From the IMG/VR virus record IMGVR_UViG_3300012942_000125, positions 1 through 25,553 of that record: a stretch of DNA of 25,553 nucleotides. One strand, 5' to 3'. The notes beneath the pieces were generated by a model that saw only the letters and a program-made list of their open reading frames with translations, made no database searches and was not told where the DNA came from. The stretch's first letter is position 1. Each line of letters starts with the position of its first letter. The position numbers and the translations under genes are program-made. Source of the DNA: a virus. Its lineage: Duplodnaviria > Caudoviricetes. Below, in pieces: positions 7,401 to 15,199 of this stretch.

Positions 7401-8957
7401 GTGGCCACACCATCCAGTAAAAACAGCGATACGGCTGCAAACGCAGCCCCCACGCCTGAGTACGGCCGACAGATCGCGTCAGTCGCCAATGGCAATGACA
7501 TCACGCGCGGCTATGTGGGGCCGCTGCTGCTCACGACCGACTCGGTGTTGCGCCGGCGTTCCGGCGGCAATCTCGCGCTATACGAGCACGTCTATTCCGA
7601 TTCGCAGGTGAAAAGCTGCTTCGGCCAGCGGCAGTTAGCCGTCGTGAAATGCGACTGGCGGGTCGAGCCGGCCAGCGACGAGCCGATCGACGTGAAAGCG
7701 GCTGACTGGTGGCGTGGCGAACTGGCGCGCATCGGCTGGGATCGGATCACGACGCAAATGCTGTTCGGCGTGTTCTATGGCTATTCCGTTGCCGAGATGA
7801 TCTACGAGCCCTATGAGCGCACGGTACGGATCGGTACCGTGCGCGTGCGCAACCGGCGCCGCTTCCGTTTCGACGAAGATATGGGCCTGCGCCTGCTCAC
7901 GCCCACGGAGATGCTGCGCGGCGTGCCCGCCGAGGCGCCGTATTTTTGGCATTTCTCCGCCGGCGCGGACAATGATGATGAACCCTACGGCCAGGGGCTG
8001 GCACACTGGCTGTATTGGCCCGCGTTCTTCAAGCGCCAGGGGCTGAGTTTCTGGCTGCGGTTCCTGGATAAGTTCGTATCGCCTACGGCAGTCGGCAAAT
8101 ACCAAGCTGGCAGCACGAGCCCCGAGGAACAATCGAAGCTCCTGGCCACGGTAGCGGCGATTCAGACCGACGCTGGCGTCATCATGCCCAATGACATGAT
8201 GATCGAGTTCATGGAGGCGGCGCGCTCGGGCACGGCCGATTACAAGAGCTTGCACGACACGATGGACGCGACCATCGCCAAGGTGACACTCGGCCAGGTC
8301 GCAAGCTCTCAAGGCACGCCCGGAAAGCTCGGTAACGACAATCTGCAAGGCGAGGTGCGCCGCGACCTCATCAAAGCGGATGCTGACCTGGTCTGCGAGT
8401 CGTTCAACCTGGGGCCCGTGCGCTGGCTCACCGCCTGGAACTTTCCCGGGGCGCAGCCGCCACATATCTACCGCGACGTCGAAGAGCCCAAGGATTTGAA
8501 GGCGTTGTCAGAGCGTGACGCGAACATCTCCAAGCTTGGCTACCGCCCGAAGCTGATCGCCTTGCAGCAGACATATGGCGGCGAGTGGGAGCCGATCCCA
8601 TCGTTCCGGCCGGCGCCAGGTGCCGCTCAGCCCGGCGCCGACCCGGCCACGTTCGCGGCGCCCGCGCCGGCTATGCCGCCCGACGTGGGCGTGGCACGCA
8701 CCCTGGTCGCCCAGAAGCACCTGGATGCCGCCATTGACGCGCTGCCGGCCGACGCCGTGCGCGACGCCCTGGATGCGTTCCTGCACCCCGCGGTGCAGGC
8801 GATCCAAGCGGGCACCTCGCTCGAAGACGTCTACGAGCGCCTTGTGGCGGCCGCGCCGGACATGGACGATTCGCATCTGCAGGAAATGCTGGCCAGGGCT
8901 ATTTTCGTGGCCGACCTCTGGGGGCAGATCGGCACGCAGGACCGTAGCAATGCCTGA
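7401..8957 (+). CDS. Portal protein (Mu gp29/DUF935)
   Basis: YGYSVAEM, PYGQGL..LYWP..FKR, AVGKY and IAKVTLGQ motifs; follows the terminase. Confidence 0.92.
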   Translation: MATPSSKNSDTAANAAPTPEYGRQIASVANGNDITRGYVGPLLLTTDSVLRRRSGGNLALYEHVYSDSQVKSCFGQRQLAVVKCDWRVEPASDEPIDVKAADWWRGELARIGWDRITTQMLFGVFYGYSVAEMIYEPYERTVRIGTVRVRNRRRFRFDEDMGLRLLTPTEMLRGVPAEAPYFWHFSAGADNDDEPYGQGLAHWLYWPAFFKRQGLSFWLRFLDKFVSPTAVGKYQAGSTSPEEQSKLLATVAAIQTDAGVIMPNDMMIEFMEAARSGTADYKSLHDTMDATIAKVTLGQVASSQGTPGKLGNDNLQGEVRRDLIKADADLVCESFNLGPVRWLTAWNFPGAQPPHIYRDVEEPKDLKALSERDANISKLGYRPKLIALQQTYGGEWEPIPSFRPAPGAAQPGADPATFAAPAPAMPPDVGVARTLVAQKHLDAAIDALPADAVRDALDAFLHPAVQAIQAGTSLEDVYERLVAAAPDMDDSHLQEMLARAIFVADLWGQIGTQDRSNA

Positions 8958-10293
8958 TGCGTCCGCCGCGCCCGACCTGAAATATGCCATCGGCCTGCCG
9001 CCGGCCGAGGCGATCGACTATTTCAAGGGCCTGGGCTATCGGATCAGCCGCAACGCCGTGCAGGCCTACAACGCCGCCCAGGCCAAGGCCTTTACCGTGA
9101 CGGGCATCACCCGCATGGATCTGCTGCAGGACGTCAAAGCGGGACTGGACAAGGCCCTGGCCAAGGGCACCACGCTGTCCACCTTCCAGAGCGAGACGAA
9201 CGACCTGCTGCGCCGGCGCGGCTGGATCCGCACACCCGGCGGCGCCCACGCGGAGCCTGGTACCGGCGAAGTCGTCGCGCAGTTGCCGCCGCGCCGCATG
9301 CAGACGATCTTCCGCACGAACATGCAGTCCGCGCTCATGGCCGGCAAATACCAGCAGCTGCAGGATGACGTCGATATTGCCCCGTACTGGCAGTACGTGG
9401 CCGTCATGGACAGCCGCACGCGCCCAGCGCACGCCGCGGCCAACGGTCTGATCTTCAAGCACGACGATCCGTTCTGGGATAGCCACTTTCCGCCGTGCGG
9501 CTTCAATTGCCGCTGCAGCGTCCGGGCACTGCGGGCCCGGGACATCGATCGCCGCGACCTGGACGTGTCCGACAGCGACGGGATGCTGGAGCCCACCGAA
9601 GTGCCTGTCGGCCGCCAGACGCGGCCCTCCGTGGCCTTCGTCGACAAGGTCACCCGCACCCGTTTCGTGCCGGATCCTGGGTTCGGGCAGCGCCCGGTAC
9701 GCACGCAGCAGACGCTCGGCCAGGCCCTGGGCAACAAAATCGAGCAGGTCGCGCCCGAGGTCAGTGCCGCAGTGGTGGCCGCGAAGCCTAGGCTGACCTC
9801 GGCCCTGGCCGAGGAATATCAGGGCTGGGCGCGGCAGACGTTGACGGCCGGCCGGCCGCAACATGACTACCGTGTTGTTGGGACCCTATCGCCCAAGATC
9901 GTAAAGACCTTGCGAGCTAAGGAATACACGATCGCCAATGCGGCGTTGGTCCTGCGCGACGATGAGCTGCTGCACCTCGCGCGCGACGCGAAGCGGGCAC
10001 GGTCGGCGGCATTGACCCGAGCACAGATCCTGCAGCTGCCGGATTTGCTGGCCCATCCACAAACGGTGCTCTGGGATAACGAGGATCCGGCGTTGGTCTA
10101 CGTCCTGGACCTGCAGGGCCAGGCGGCCACCAAAGCTATTGTGCGCGTCGATTGGCGCACGTCCCTGCGAGATGATCAGGGGCGACACAAAGCAACGGTC
10201 AACGCGATACGGACAGCGGGTGTGGTGCAGGTGGGGGATTTGCATGCGGCGCGCTATACGCCGATCGAGGGCAGCTGGAAAAGCGAGGATTGA
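8950..10293 (+). CDS. MuF (gp30) head morphogenesis protein with C-terminal nuclease-like extension
   Basis: AFTVTG, RMQTIFRTNMQSA, YWQYVAVMDSRTRPAH, PPCGFNCRC and PDPGF motifs, plus about 180 extra C-terminal residues. Start re-called to ATG 8950. Confidence 0.9.
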   Translation: MPDASAAPDLKYAIGLPPAEAIDYFKGLGYRISRNAVQAYNAAQAKAFTVTGITRMDLLQDVKAGLDKALAKGTTLSTFQSETNDLLRRRGWIRTPGGAHAEPGTGEVVAQLPPRRMQTIFRTNMQSALMAGKYQQLQDDVDIAPYWQYVAVMDSRTRPAHAAANGLIFKHDDPFWDSHFPPCGFNCRCSVRALRARDIDRRDLDVSDSDGMLEPTEVPVGRQTRPSVAFVDKVTRTRFVPDPGFGQRPVRTQQTLGQALGNKIEQVAPEVSAAVVAAKPRLTSALAEEYQGWARQTLTAGRPQHDYRVVGTLSPKIVKTLRAKEYTIANAALVLRDDELLHLARDAKRARSAALTRAQILQLPDLLAHPQTVLWDNEDPALVYVLDLQGQAATKAIVRVDWRTSLRDDQGRHKATVNAIRTAGVVQVGDLHAARYTPIEGSWKSED

Positions 10294-10417
10294 GGTGTTG
10301 CCGTGGAGAGGCGCCATTCCCCAGCTCGGAAACCTTATGGGGTGTCTCTCATGTAGCGGCTGCGGCTGCAGCCCCCGCGATCAGCCCGGCGGCTTTCTGT
10401 CGTCACGGCAACGACCT
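10293..10417 (+). ncRNA. Candidate structured RNA between muF and gpG
   Basis: Closing stem AGGT-GTTGCCGTG / CACGGCAAC-g-ACCT encloses GAGAGGCGCC/GGTGTCTCTC and further hairpins. Confidence 0.55.
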
Positions 10418-10427
10418 TATTTTACAA

Positions 10428-10907
10428 ATGATCGAGATTGAAGTCACTGTCAAGAACCTGGCCGAGGCATTCGCCGCCCTAGAGCGCGGGCTACGCGACG
10501 CCACGCCTCTGATGAAGGAAATCGCCTTCGTCATGAACGACGCCGTGGCCGAGAACTTCGAGCAGGGAGGCAGGCCCACCTGGCTGGGTAAGAAATCGGG
10601 CGGGCCCAGCAAGCTGCAGGACACCGGCCGGCTGAAATCCTCCATCGTGCGCTACTACGACCAGAGCTCCGCGACAGTGGGCACCAATGTCGTTTACGCA
10701 GCTATCCACCAGTTGGGGGGCAAGACGCCACCGCATACCATTCGGGCCAAGAACGCCAAGGCGCTGCACTTCGGCAATCGCTTCGTGAAATCGGTGCGCC
10801 ACCCCGGCTCAAAAATTCCCGCACGGCCATTCTTGGACATGACCGAAGAGGACAGCACCGAGCTCGAGCTCGTGGCCGAAAAATACCTGCGCGGCCTGGT
10901 CGAATAG
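10428..10907 (+). CDS. Virion morphogenesis protein (Mu gpG-like)
   Basis: ENFEQGGRPTW, LQDTGRLKSSI, VGTNVVYAAIHQLGG and IPARPFL motifs. Start re-called to ATG 10428. Confidence 0.9.
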   Translation: MIEIEVTVKNLAEAFAALERGLRDATPLMKEIAFVMNDAVAENFEQGGRPTWLGKKSGGPSKLQDTGRLKSSIVRYYDQSSATVGTNVVYAAIHQLGGKTPPHTIRAKNAKALHFGNRFVKSVRHPGSKIPARPFLDMTEEDSTELELVAEKYLRGLVE

Positions 10908-11078
10908 CCCACCCTCGAAAATCGGGCCGTAGAGCGTTTTTTTGGCCTTGGGGCTACGTCGATACCTAAATCGCGTCAGACCCCGTTTGCAAATCGCTGT
11001 AAAGACCTTTGCGAAGGTGTTTGAAACCGGCCACACCCCTGCATTGCGCTTCGACGGCAGAAACCGGGGAGATGTTGA
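10908..11078. other. G-I intergenic region, candidate strong gyrase site (SGS)-like element
   Basis: Position equals that of the Mu SGS (between G and I). Non-coding, with recurring short A/T tracts. Confidence 0.4.
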
Positions 11079-11123
11079 TTTTGTCCTGGTTCCAAAGACA
11101 TACCCGTCCCGCGCCGCCATCAT
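11079..11123 (+). promoter_or_regulatory. Late promoter 2 (head/tail operon, Mu PI-like)
   Basis: TTTTGTCCTGGTTCCAAAGAC, 18 nt, CATCAT, 6 nt, ATG. Confidence 0.75.
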
Positions 11124-11129
11124 GGCGCC

Positions 11130-12146
11130 ATGCCTACCGCTAATGCTCATCCCGCACCGCGTATCCCGTTCTTCAAGCCGGGCGATCTGACCTCGTCGGA
11201 TGGCCGGGCTGTGACTTTCACGGCCGCAGACCTGCAGGAAATCGTCGACAACTACGACCCGGCCTTGTCGCGCGCGCCGTTGGTCGTGGGGCATCCGACG
11301 ATGGATGCGCCCGCATATGGCTGGGCTCAGTCCCTGTCGTTTGACGGTGAGCTGCTGTCGGCCGAACCCGACCAGGTCGAAGTGCAGTTCGCGGCCATGG
11401 TCAACGACGGGCGCTTCCCGAATCGTTCGGCCGCCATCTACTTGCCGAACTCCCCGGGCAACCCCAAGCCCGGAAAGCTGTATCTCAAACACATCGGTTT
11501 TCTGGGCGCGGCCGCGCCGGCCATCCCGGGCCTGCCGCCCGTGAAGTTCGCCGCCGACGCTGATGCGCCGACATTTTCCTTTGCGCAGTCCGATTTCAAC
11601 CCTCTGGAGCCTTCAATGCCCGAGTCCAAAACCCCCGACACCAATGACGCCGTCACTTTTGCGGCAAAGCAGGCCAAGCTCGACGACGATGCGCGCAAGC
11701 TGACCGAGCGCGAACGTGAGCTGGAAGCCCGCGAAAAGCGTCTGACCGATGAACGCAAAGCCGCCGAACGCGAAGCCGCCGTTACATTCGCCCAAGGCTT
11801 GGTCACCGAAGGCAAGGTATTGCCGGCTGAAACCGACTCGGTCGTGGAGCTGATCATGGCGTTGCCCAATGACGCGGCGCCCGTGACCTTCGCTCAGGCC
11901 GGCACCACGGTGAGCAAGCCCGCACGCTCGATGCTGCGCGAGTTGCTCACGGCCATGCCCAAGCGTGTGAACTATGCCGAAAAGTCCCGCGCCCGCCACG
12001 ACGGCGCTGCGCCGGTCACATTCGCTGCGCCCGCAGGCACGGACGTCGATGCGGACCGCGCCGACCTGTACGGCCGCGTCAAGGAAATTCAGGCGCAGCA
12101 CCCGAACATGTCGTTCATGGAAGCGGCCCACCTGGCCGGCGCCTGA
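11130..12146 (+). CDS. Prohead protease/scaffold (Mu gpI-like)
   Basis: APLVVGHP (His), PAYGW, RFPNRSAAIY (Ser) and YLKHIGFLGAAAPAIPGL motifs; coiled-coil C-terminal half. Confidence 0.9.
   Translation: MPTANAHPAPRIPFFKPGDLTSSDGRAVTFTAADLQEIVDNYDPALSRAPLVVGHPTMDAPAYGWAQSLSFDGELLSAEPDQVEVQFAAMVNDGRFPNRSAAIYLPNSPGNPKPGKLYLKHIGFLGAAAPAIPGLPPVKFAADADAPTFSFAQSDFNPLEPSMPESKTPDTNDAVTFAAKQAKLDDDARKLTERERELEAREKRLTDERKAAEREAAVTFAQGLVTEGKVLPAETDSVVELIMALPNDAAPVTFAQAGTTVSKPARSMLRELLTAMPKRVNYAEKSRARHDGAAPVTFAAPAGTDVDADRADLYGRVKEIQAQHPNMSFMEAAHLAGA
11616..12146 (+). CDS. Scaffold protein from in-frame internal start (Mu gpZ-like)
   Basis: GGAG at 11606-11609 precedes in-frame ATG 11616 at the domain boundary; the I/Z arrangement is known in Mu. 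Confidence 0.6.
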   Translation: MPESKTPDTNDAVTFAAKQAKLDDDARKLTERERELEAREKRLTDERKAAEREAAVTFAQGLVTEGKVLPAETDSVVELIMALPNDAAPVTFAQAGTTVSKPARSMLRELLTAMPKRVNYAEKSRARHDGAAPVTFAAPAGTDVDADRADLYGRVKEIQAQHPNMSFMEAAHLAGA

Positions 12147-12182
12147 TCGACACACCTATCGATTACCTCCCCGGAGATAGCA

Positions 12183-12539
12183 ATGTCCCAGAAGACTTCC
12201 CTTTTGACTCTGTCTGTGAAGGCCACGGCCGCCGTCTCGGCGCACACATTCGTGACAGTGGCGGGCGCTACGGCCGCAGCCGGCGCCGACGCTCACGGCG
12301 TAGCCATTTGCGATGCCGCCAGTGGTGACCTATTCGGCGCGGACGTGCTCGGCACGACCATCGTCAAGGTCGACGCGGACATCACCGCGAGCGCACGCCT
12401 GGCCGTGGGTGCATCTGGCGGTGTCAAGCCGGCGGGCGAAGGCAATTATGTTGTCGCACGCGCGCTGACAGCCGCGACGGCCGGCGATCTCACCGAGGTG
12501 CTGCTGTTCCAGGGCGGCCCGACCATCCCCGCGGCGTAA
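12183..12539 (+). CDS. Capsid cement/decoration protein (DUF2190-like)
   Basis: Small Ala/Gly/Val-rich beta protein between scaffold and capsid; GGAG RBS. Confidence 0.75.
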   Translation: MSQKTSLLTLSVKATAAVSAHTFVTVAGATAAAGADAHGVAICDAASGDLFGADVLGTTIVKVDADITASARLAVGASGGVKPAGEGNYVVARALTAATAGDLTEVLLFQGGPTIPAA

Positions 12540-12576
12540 TTCCGCAGCCACTCCTCAGATTTCATAAGGACACAAA

Positions 12577-13509
12577 ATGCTTAATCCCGCACAAGGCCGC
12601 GTCGTCGATCCGATCCTTTCGGAATACGTCCGCGGCTACAAACAGCCACAGCTGATCGGCACGGCGCTTTTCCCGCGCGCTCCCGTCGCGCAGTATGGCG
12701 GCAAGGTCATCGAGTTCGGCAAGGAAGCATTCCGCTTGTACAACGTCAAGCGCGCGCCGGGTGGCGCCACCGGCCGTGTCGAATTCGGATACGAAGGCAA
12801 GCCCTACGCGATCGTCCCGGGTGCACTGGAAGCCAAGGTGCCGCGCGAATGGATGCGCGATGCTTCCCAAGTTCCAGGTATCAACCTGGCCAGCCGCGCG
12901 GTGAATCTGGTCATGCGTGCCATGGCGTTGAGTCATGAGTATGAATGCGCTCAGATAGCCCACGGCGCCGGCAACTACGACTCGGATCACAAGGTCGCTC
13001 TCGCATCGGGCTCCCGATGGGGCGACGCGGTCGATCCCATTACCGACATCAACAAAGGCAAGGAAGCGATCCGTTCCAGCATAGGGATGGAGCCGAACGT
13101 GCTGGAGATCAGCGCCTCGACCTGGAACAAGCTCAAGACCAACCCGAAGCTGCTGGAGCGCATCAAATACACCACGGTGGATTCGCTGACCATTCAGATG
13201 CTGGCCAATCTCGTGGAAATCCAAAACGTCGTCGTCGGGAAGGCTGTTGTAGCTTCTGGCGCCGATGATAGTTTCGGCGACATCTGGGGCAATGATGCGG
13301 TGCTGGCCTATGTGTCGGACAACCCGTCACCCAACAATGAAGAGCCGTCCTACGGCTACAGCTACGTCATTGAAGGGCACCCTGCAGTGGAGCTGCCGTA
13401 CTGGGATGCGAACGCCAAGTCCTGGATCTACGGGGTGTCGGATGACGTCACGCCGGTGCTCTCGGGCATGACGGCCGGCTATCTCATCCAAAACGCGGGA
13501 GCCGACTGA
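12577..13509 (+). CDS. Major capsid protein
   Basis: 310 aa with VVDPILS..GY..IGTALFP..FGKEAF and PSYGYSY motifs; strong TAAGGA RBS; position. Confidence 0.9.
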   Translation: MLNPAQGRVVDPILSEYVRGYKQPQLIGTALFPRAPVAQYGGKVIEFGKEAFRLYNVKRAPGGATGRVEFGYEGKPYAIVPGALEAKVPREWMRDASQVPGINLASRAVNLVMRAMALSHEYECAQIAHGAGNYDSDHKVALASGSRWGDAVDPITDINKGKEAIRSSIGMEPNVLEISASTWNKLKTNPKLLERIKYTTVDSLTIQMLANLVEIQNVVVGKAVVASGADDSFGDIWGNDAVLAYVSDNPSPNNEEPSYGYSYVIEGHPAVELPYWDANAKSWIYGVSDDVTPVLSGMTAGYLIQNAGAD

Positions 13510-13511
13510 TC

Positions 13512-13790
13512 ATGGCACATCGCATCGTCTACCCCGTCAAGCACGCCGGCAAGATCCATAAAACCGGCCAGGTTGTGAACTGGCCCGCCGATGTGACCGG
13601 CGACCTGGTCAAGCTCGGCGCACTGATGCCGTTGGATGGCGCGCCGGCCGCCGAGCCGGAGAAACTGCCGGAGACGCCTGCCGTTCCCGAAAAGCAGCCC
13701 GATTCGGGTTTGCCGGCCGTGCCGGTGCACTCCGATAAGCCGGCAAAACCTGAAGAGCCGGCCAGGCCCCGAAAGCCGGCCAAGAAATAA
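13512..13790 (+). CDS. Small Pro/Lys-tailed protein after the capsid gene (gp35-position)
   Basis: VKHAGKIHKTGQVV..LVKLGAL N-terminal domain and a low-complexity tail; coupled to the capsid gene. Confidence 0.65.
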   Translation: MAHRIVYPVKHAGKIHKTGQVVNWPADVTGDLVKLGALMPLDGAPAAEPEKLPETPAVPEKQPDSGLPAVPVHSDKPAKPEEPARPRKPAKK

Positions 13791-13809
13791 CTCCGCCGCC
13801 GCCGAAACG

Positions 13810-13878
13810 TCCCGCGTGATGCCGTAAGCGTGGGAGGAAGACTGGATCCGTGCCCTCGGCCTTGTGGGGCACGCGATC
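13810..13878 (+). ncRNA. Two-hairpin element downstream of the capsid genes
   Basis: TCCCGCG/CGTGGGA and GATC-CGTGCCC/GGGCACG-c-GATC stems in a 103-nt intergenic gap. Confidence 0.4.
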
Positions 13879-13893
13879 GCTGAATACGACACC

Positions 13894-14328
13894 ATGCAGA
13901 ACTACGCCACCCAGCAAGACCTGATCGACGCCATCGGCGAAGACGAGTTGATCCGCCTCTCCGACACCCGGGCCAACCCCGGCGTGATCGGTGCGGATCT
14001 GGTGGCGCGCGCGCTTGATCGCGCCAGCGTCGATATCGATGCCCGGCTTTCGGCCCGTTATCCGAAGCCGTTTGCCGCGATTCCGCGTGTGCTGGTCGGG
14101 ATCTGCTGCGACATGGCGGTCTATCGCCTGTGCGGCACCGAGGGGCGGGTCATGACCGATGAGATCCGCGATCAGTATCGCGAGGCGCTCAAGCTGCTGG
14201 CGCTGATCGCCAATGGTGAGGTCAAGCTGGGCGCGGATATGACCGACACACAGGTATTTTGGCCCAGTGGCGTGCAGACGGCGCCGGCGCGCTCCAGCTT
14301 CGATCGCGACCTGGAGGATTTCCGGTGA
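13894..14328 (+). CDS. Head-tail adaptor (Mu gp36/DUF1320)
   Basis: YATQQDL, IDARLSARY..P, ICCDMAVYRL and Y..ALKLL..IANGEVKLG motifs. Confidence 0.88.
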   Translation: MQNYATQQDLIDAIGEDELIRLSDTRANPGVIGADLVARALDRASVDIDARLSARYPKPFAAIPRVLVGICCDMAVYRLCGTEGRVMTDEIRDQYREALKLLALIANGEVKLGADMTDTQVFWPSGVQTAPARSSFDRDLEDFR

Positions 14329-15002
14329 GCGGCCCGATCCAGACCCTATATACGCAGATCGAGACGGCCATCGTTGATCGGCTGCGGCTCGGCCTGGGCA
14401 GCATGGTGCGCTCGGTGTCCAGCTACGGCGGCGAGCTCGATGACGATCTGGGTGTGATTGCTGCCGCGCTCCCTGCGGCCTGGGTGACCTTCGGTGGTGT
14501 GACAAACAGCCGGCGCACGTCGACCTCGCGCCAGAAATTCCGCTGCGAAGGCAAGTTCGTCGTGATGGTGGGCGATCGCAACGGCCGCGGCGAGCAGGCC
14601 AGCCGCCAGGGCGGCGTCCAGGCCTCCGAGGTCGGCACCTATCCGCTGCTCTATGCCGTGCGGCGCTTGTTGGCATCCCAGGACCTGGGCTTGCCTATCG
14701 AGGCGTTCACGCCTGCTCGCGTACGCACGCTGTTCAACACCAAGGTGGCGCGCCAGGCACTTTCTGTCTTTGCTGCCGAGTTCGACACGGTCTGGATCGA
14801 ATCCGCCCTGGATCTCGGCCGCTGGCCGGCCCCGGTTGATGCGGACGATCCCGACCAGGTCTTTGCAACTTACCAGGGCAAGCTCGATTCGCCATACCCG
14901 GATCTCGACCGCGTCGGCCTGCATGTTTACCCCACGCCGCCGGCCCAGGAAGATCCCGCCGTTACAGATGTGGTTCAGCTCAACACCGAGGAGTCGCCAT
15001 GA
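14325..15002 (+). CDS. Tail terminator-like protein (Mu gp37/DUF1834)
   Basis: IETAIVDRL, VSSYGGELD and LPAAWVTFGG motifs; GTG 14325 after GGAGG. Confidence 0.82.
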   Translation: MSGPIQTLYTQIETAIVDRLRLGLGSMVRSVSSYGGELDDDLGVIAAALPAAWVTFGGVTNSRRTSTSRQKFRCEGKFVVMVGDRNGRGEQASRQGGVQASEVGTYPLLYAVRRLLASQDLGLPIEAFTPARVRTLFNTKVARQALSVFAAEFDTVWIESALDLGRWPAPVDADDPDQVFATYQGKLDSPYPDLDRVGLHVYPTPPAQEDPAVTDVVQLNTEESP

Positions 15003-15196
15003 GCAAAAGCACGTTCAAAGTCCAGGCCGCCACGGGCCTGAAAGTTCCCCACGAAACGAAGCCCCGCAAATACATTGCGGGGGCCGAAACCGTGACGGTT
15101 CCCGCCACGGCCTATTACCTGCGTCGCATCGCCTCGGGCGAGCTGATCGATGTCGCCGCGTCAAAGGCTGCTGCGGCCGCCGCGAAAGGAGCCTAA
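14999..15196 (+). CDS. Mu gp38-like protein (DUF2635)
   Basis: KVQAATGLKVPHE...YYLRRIASGEL; immediately before the sheath gene. Confidence 0.82.
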   Translation: MSKSTFKVQAATGLKVPHETKPRKYIAGAETVTVPATAYYLRRIASGELIDVAASKAAAAAAKGA

Positions 15197-15199
15197 TCC

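Noticed and set aside
8575-8949. N-terminal extension of the 572-aa MuF ORF call
   Set aside because: Overlaps the portal in another frame and is Arg/Pro-rich noise; ATG 8950 gives a normal MuF N-terminus.
10290-10427. N-terminal extension of gpG (205 aa call), or a tRNA in this gap
   Set aside because: The extension has no gpG-like character. The fold lacks a T-loop GTTC, a standard anticodon arm and CCA, so it is not a tRNA.
10942-11190. 82-aa plus-strand ORF in the G-I gap
   Set aside because: TTG start without RBS; runs across the late promoter and the protease start.
13801-13890. Hammerhead ribozyme suggested by GAAAC-GTC
   Set aside because: No CUGANGA core in a compatible stem arrangement.
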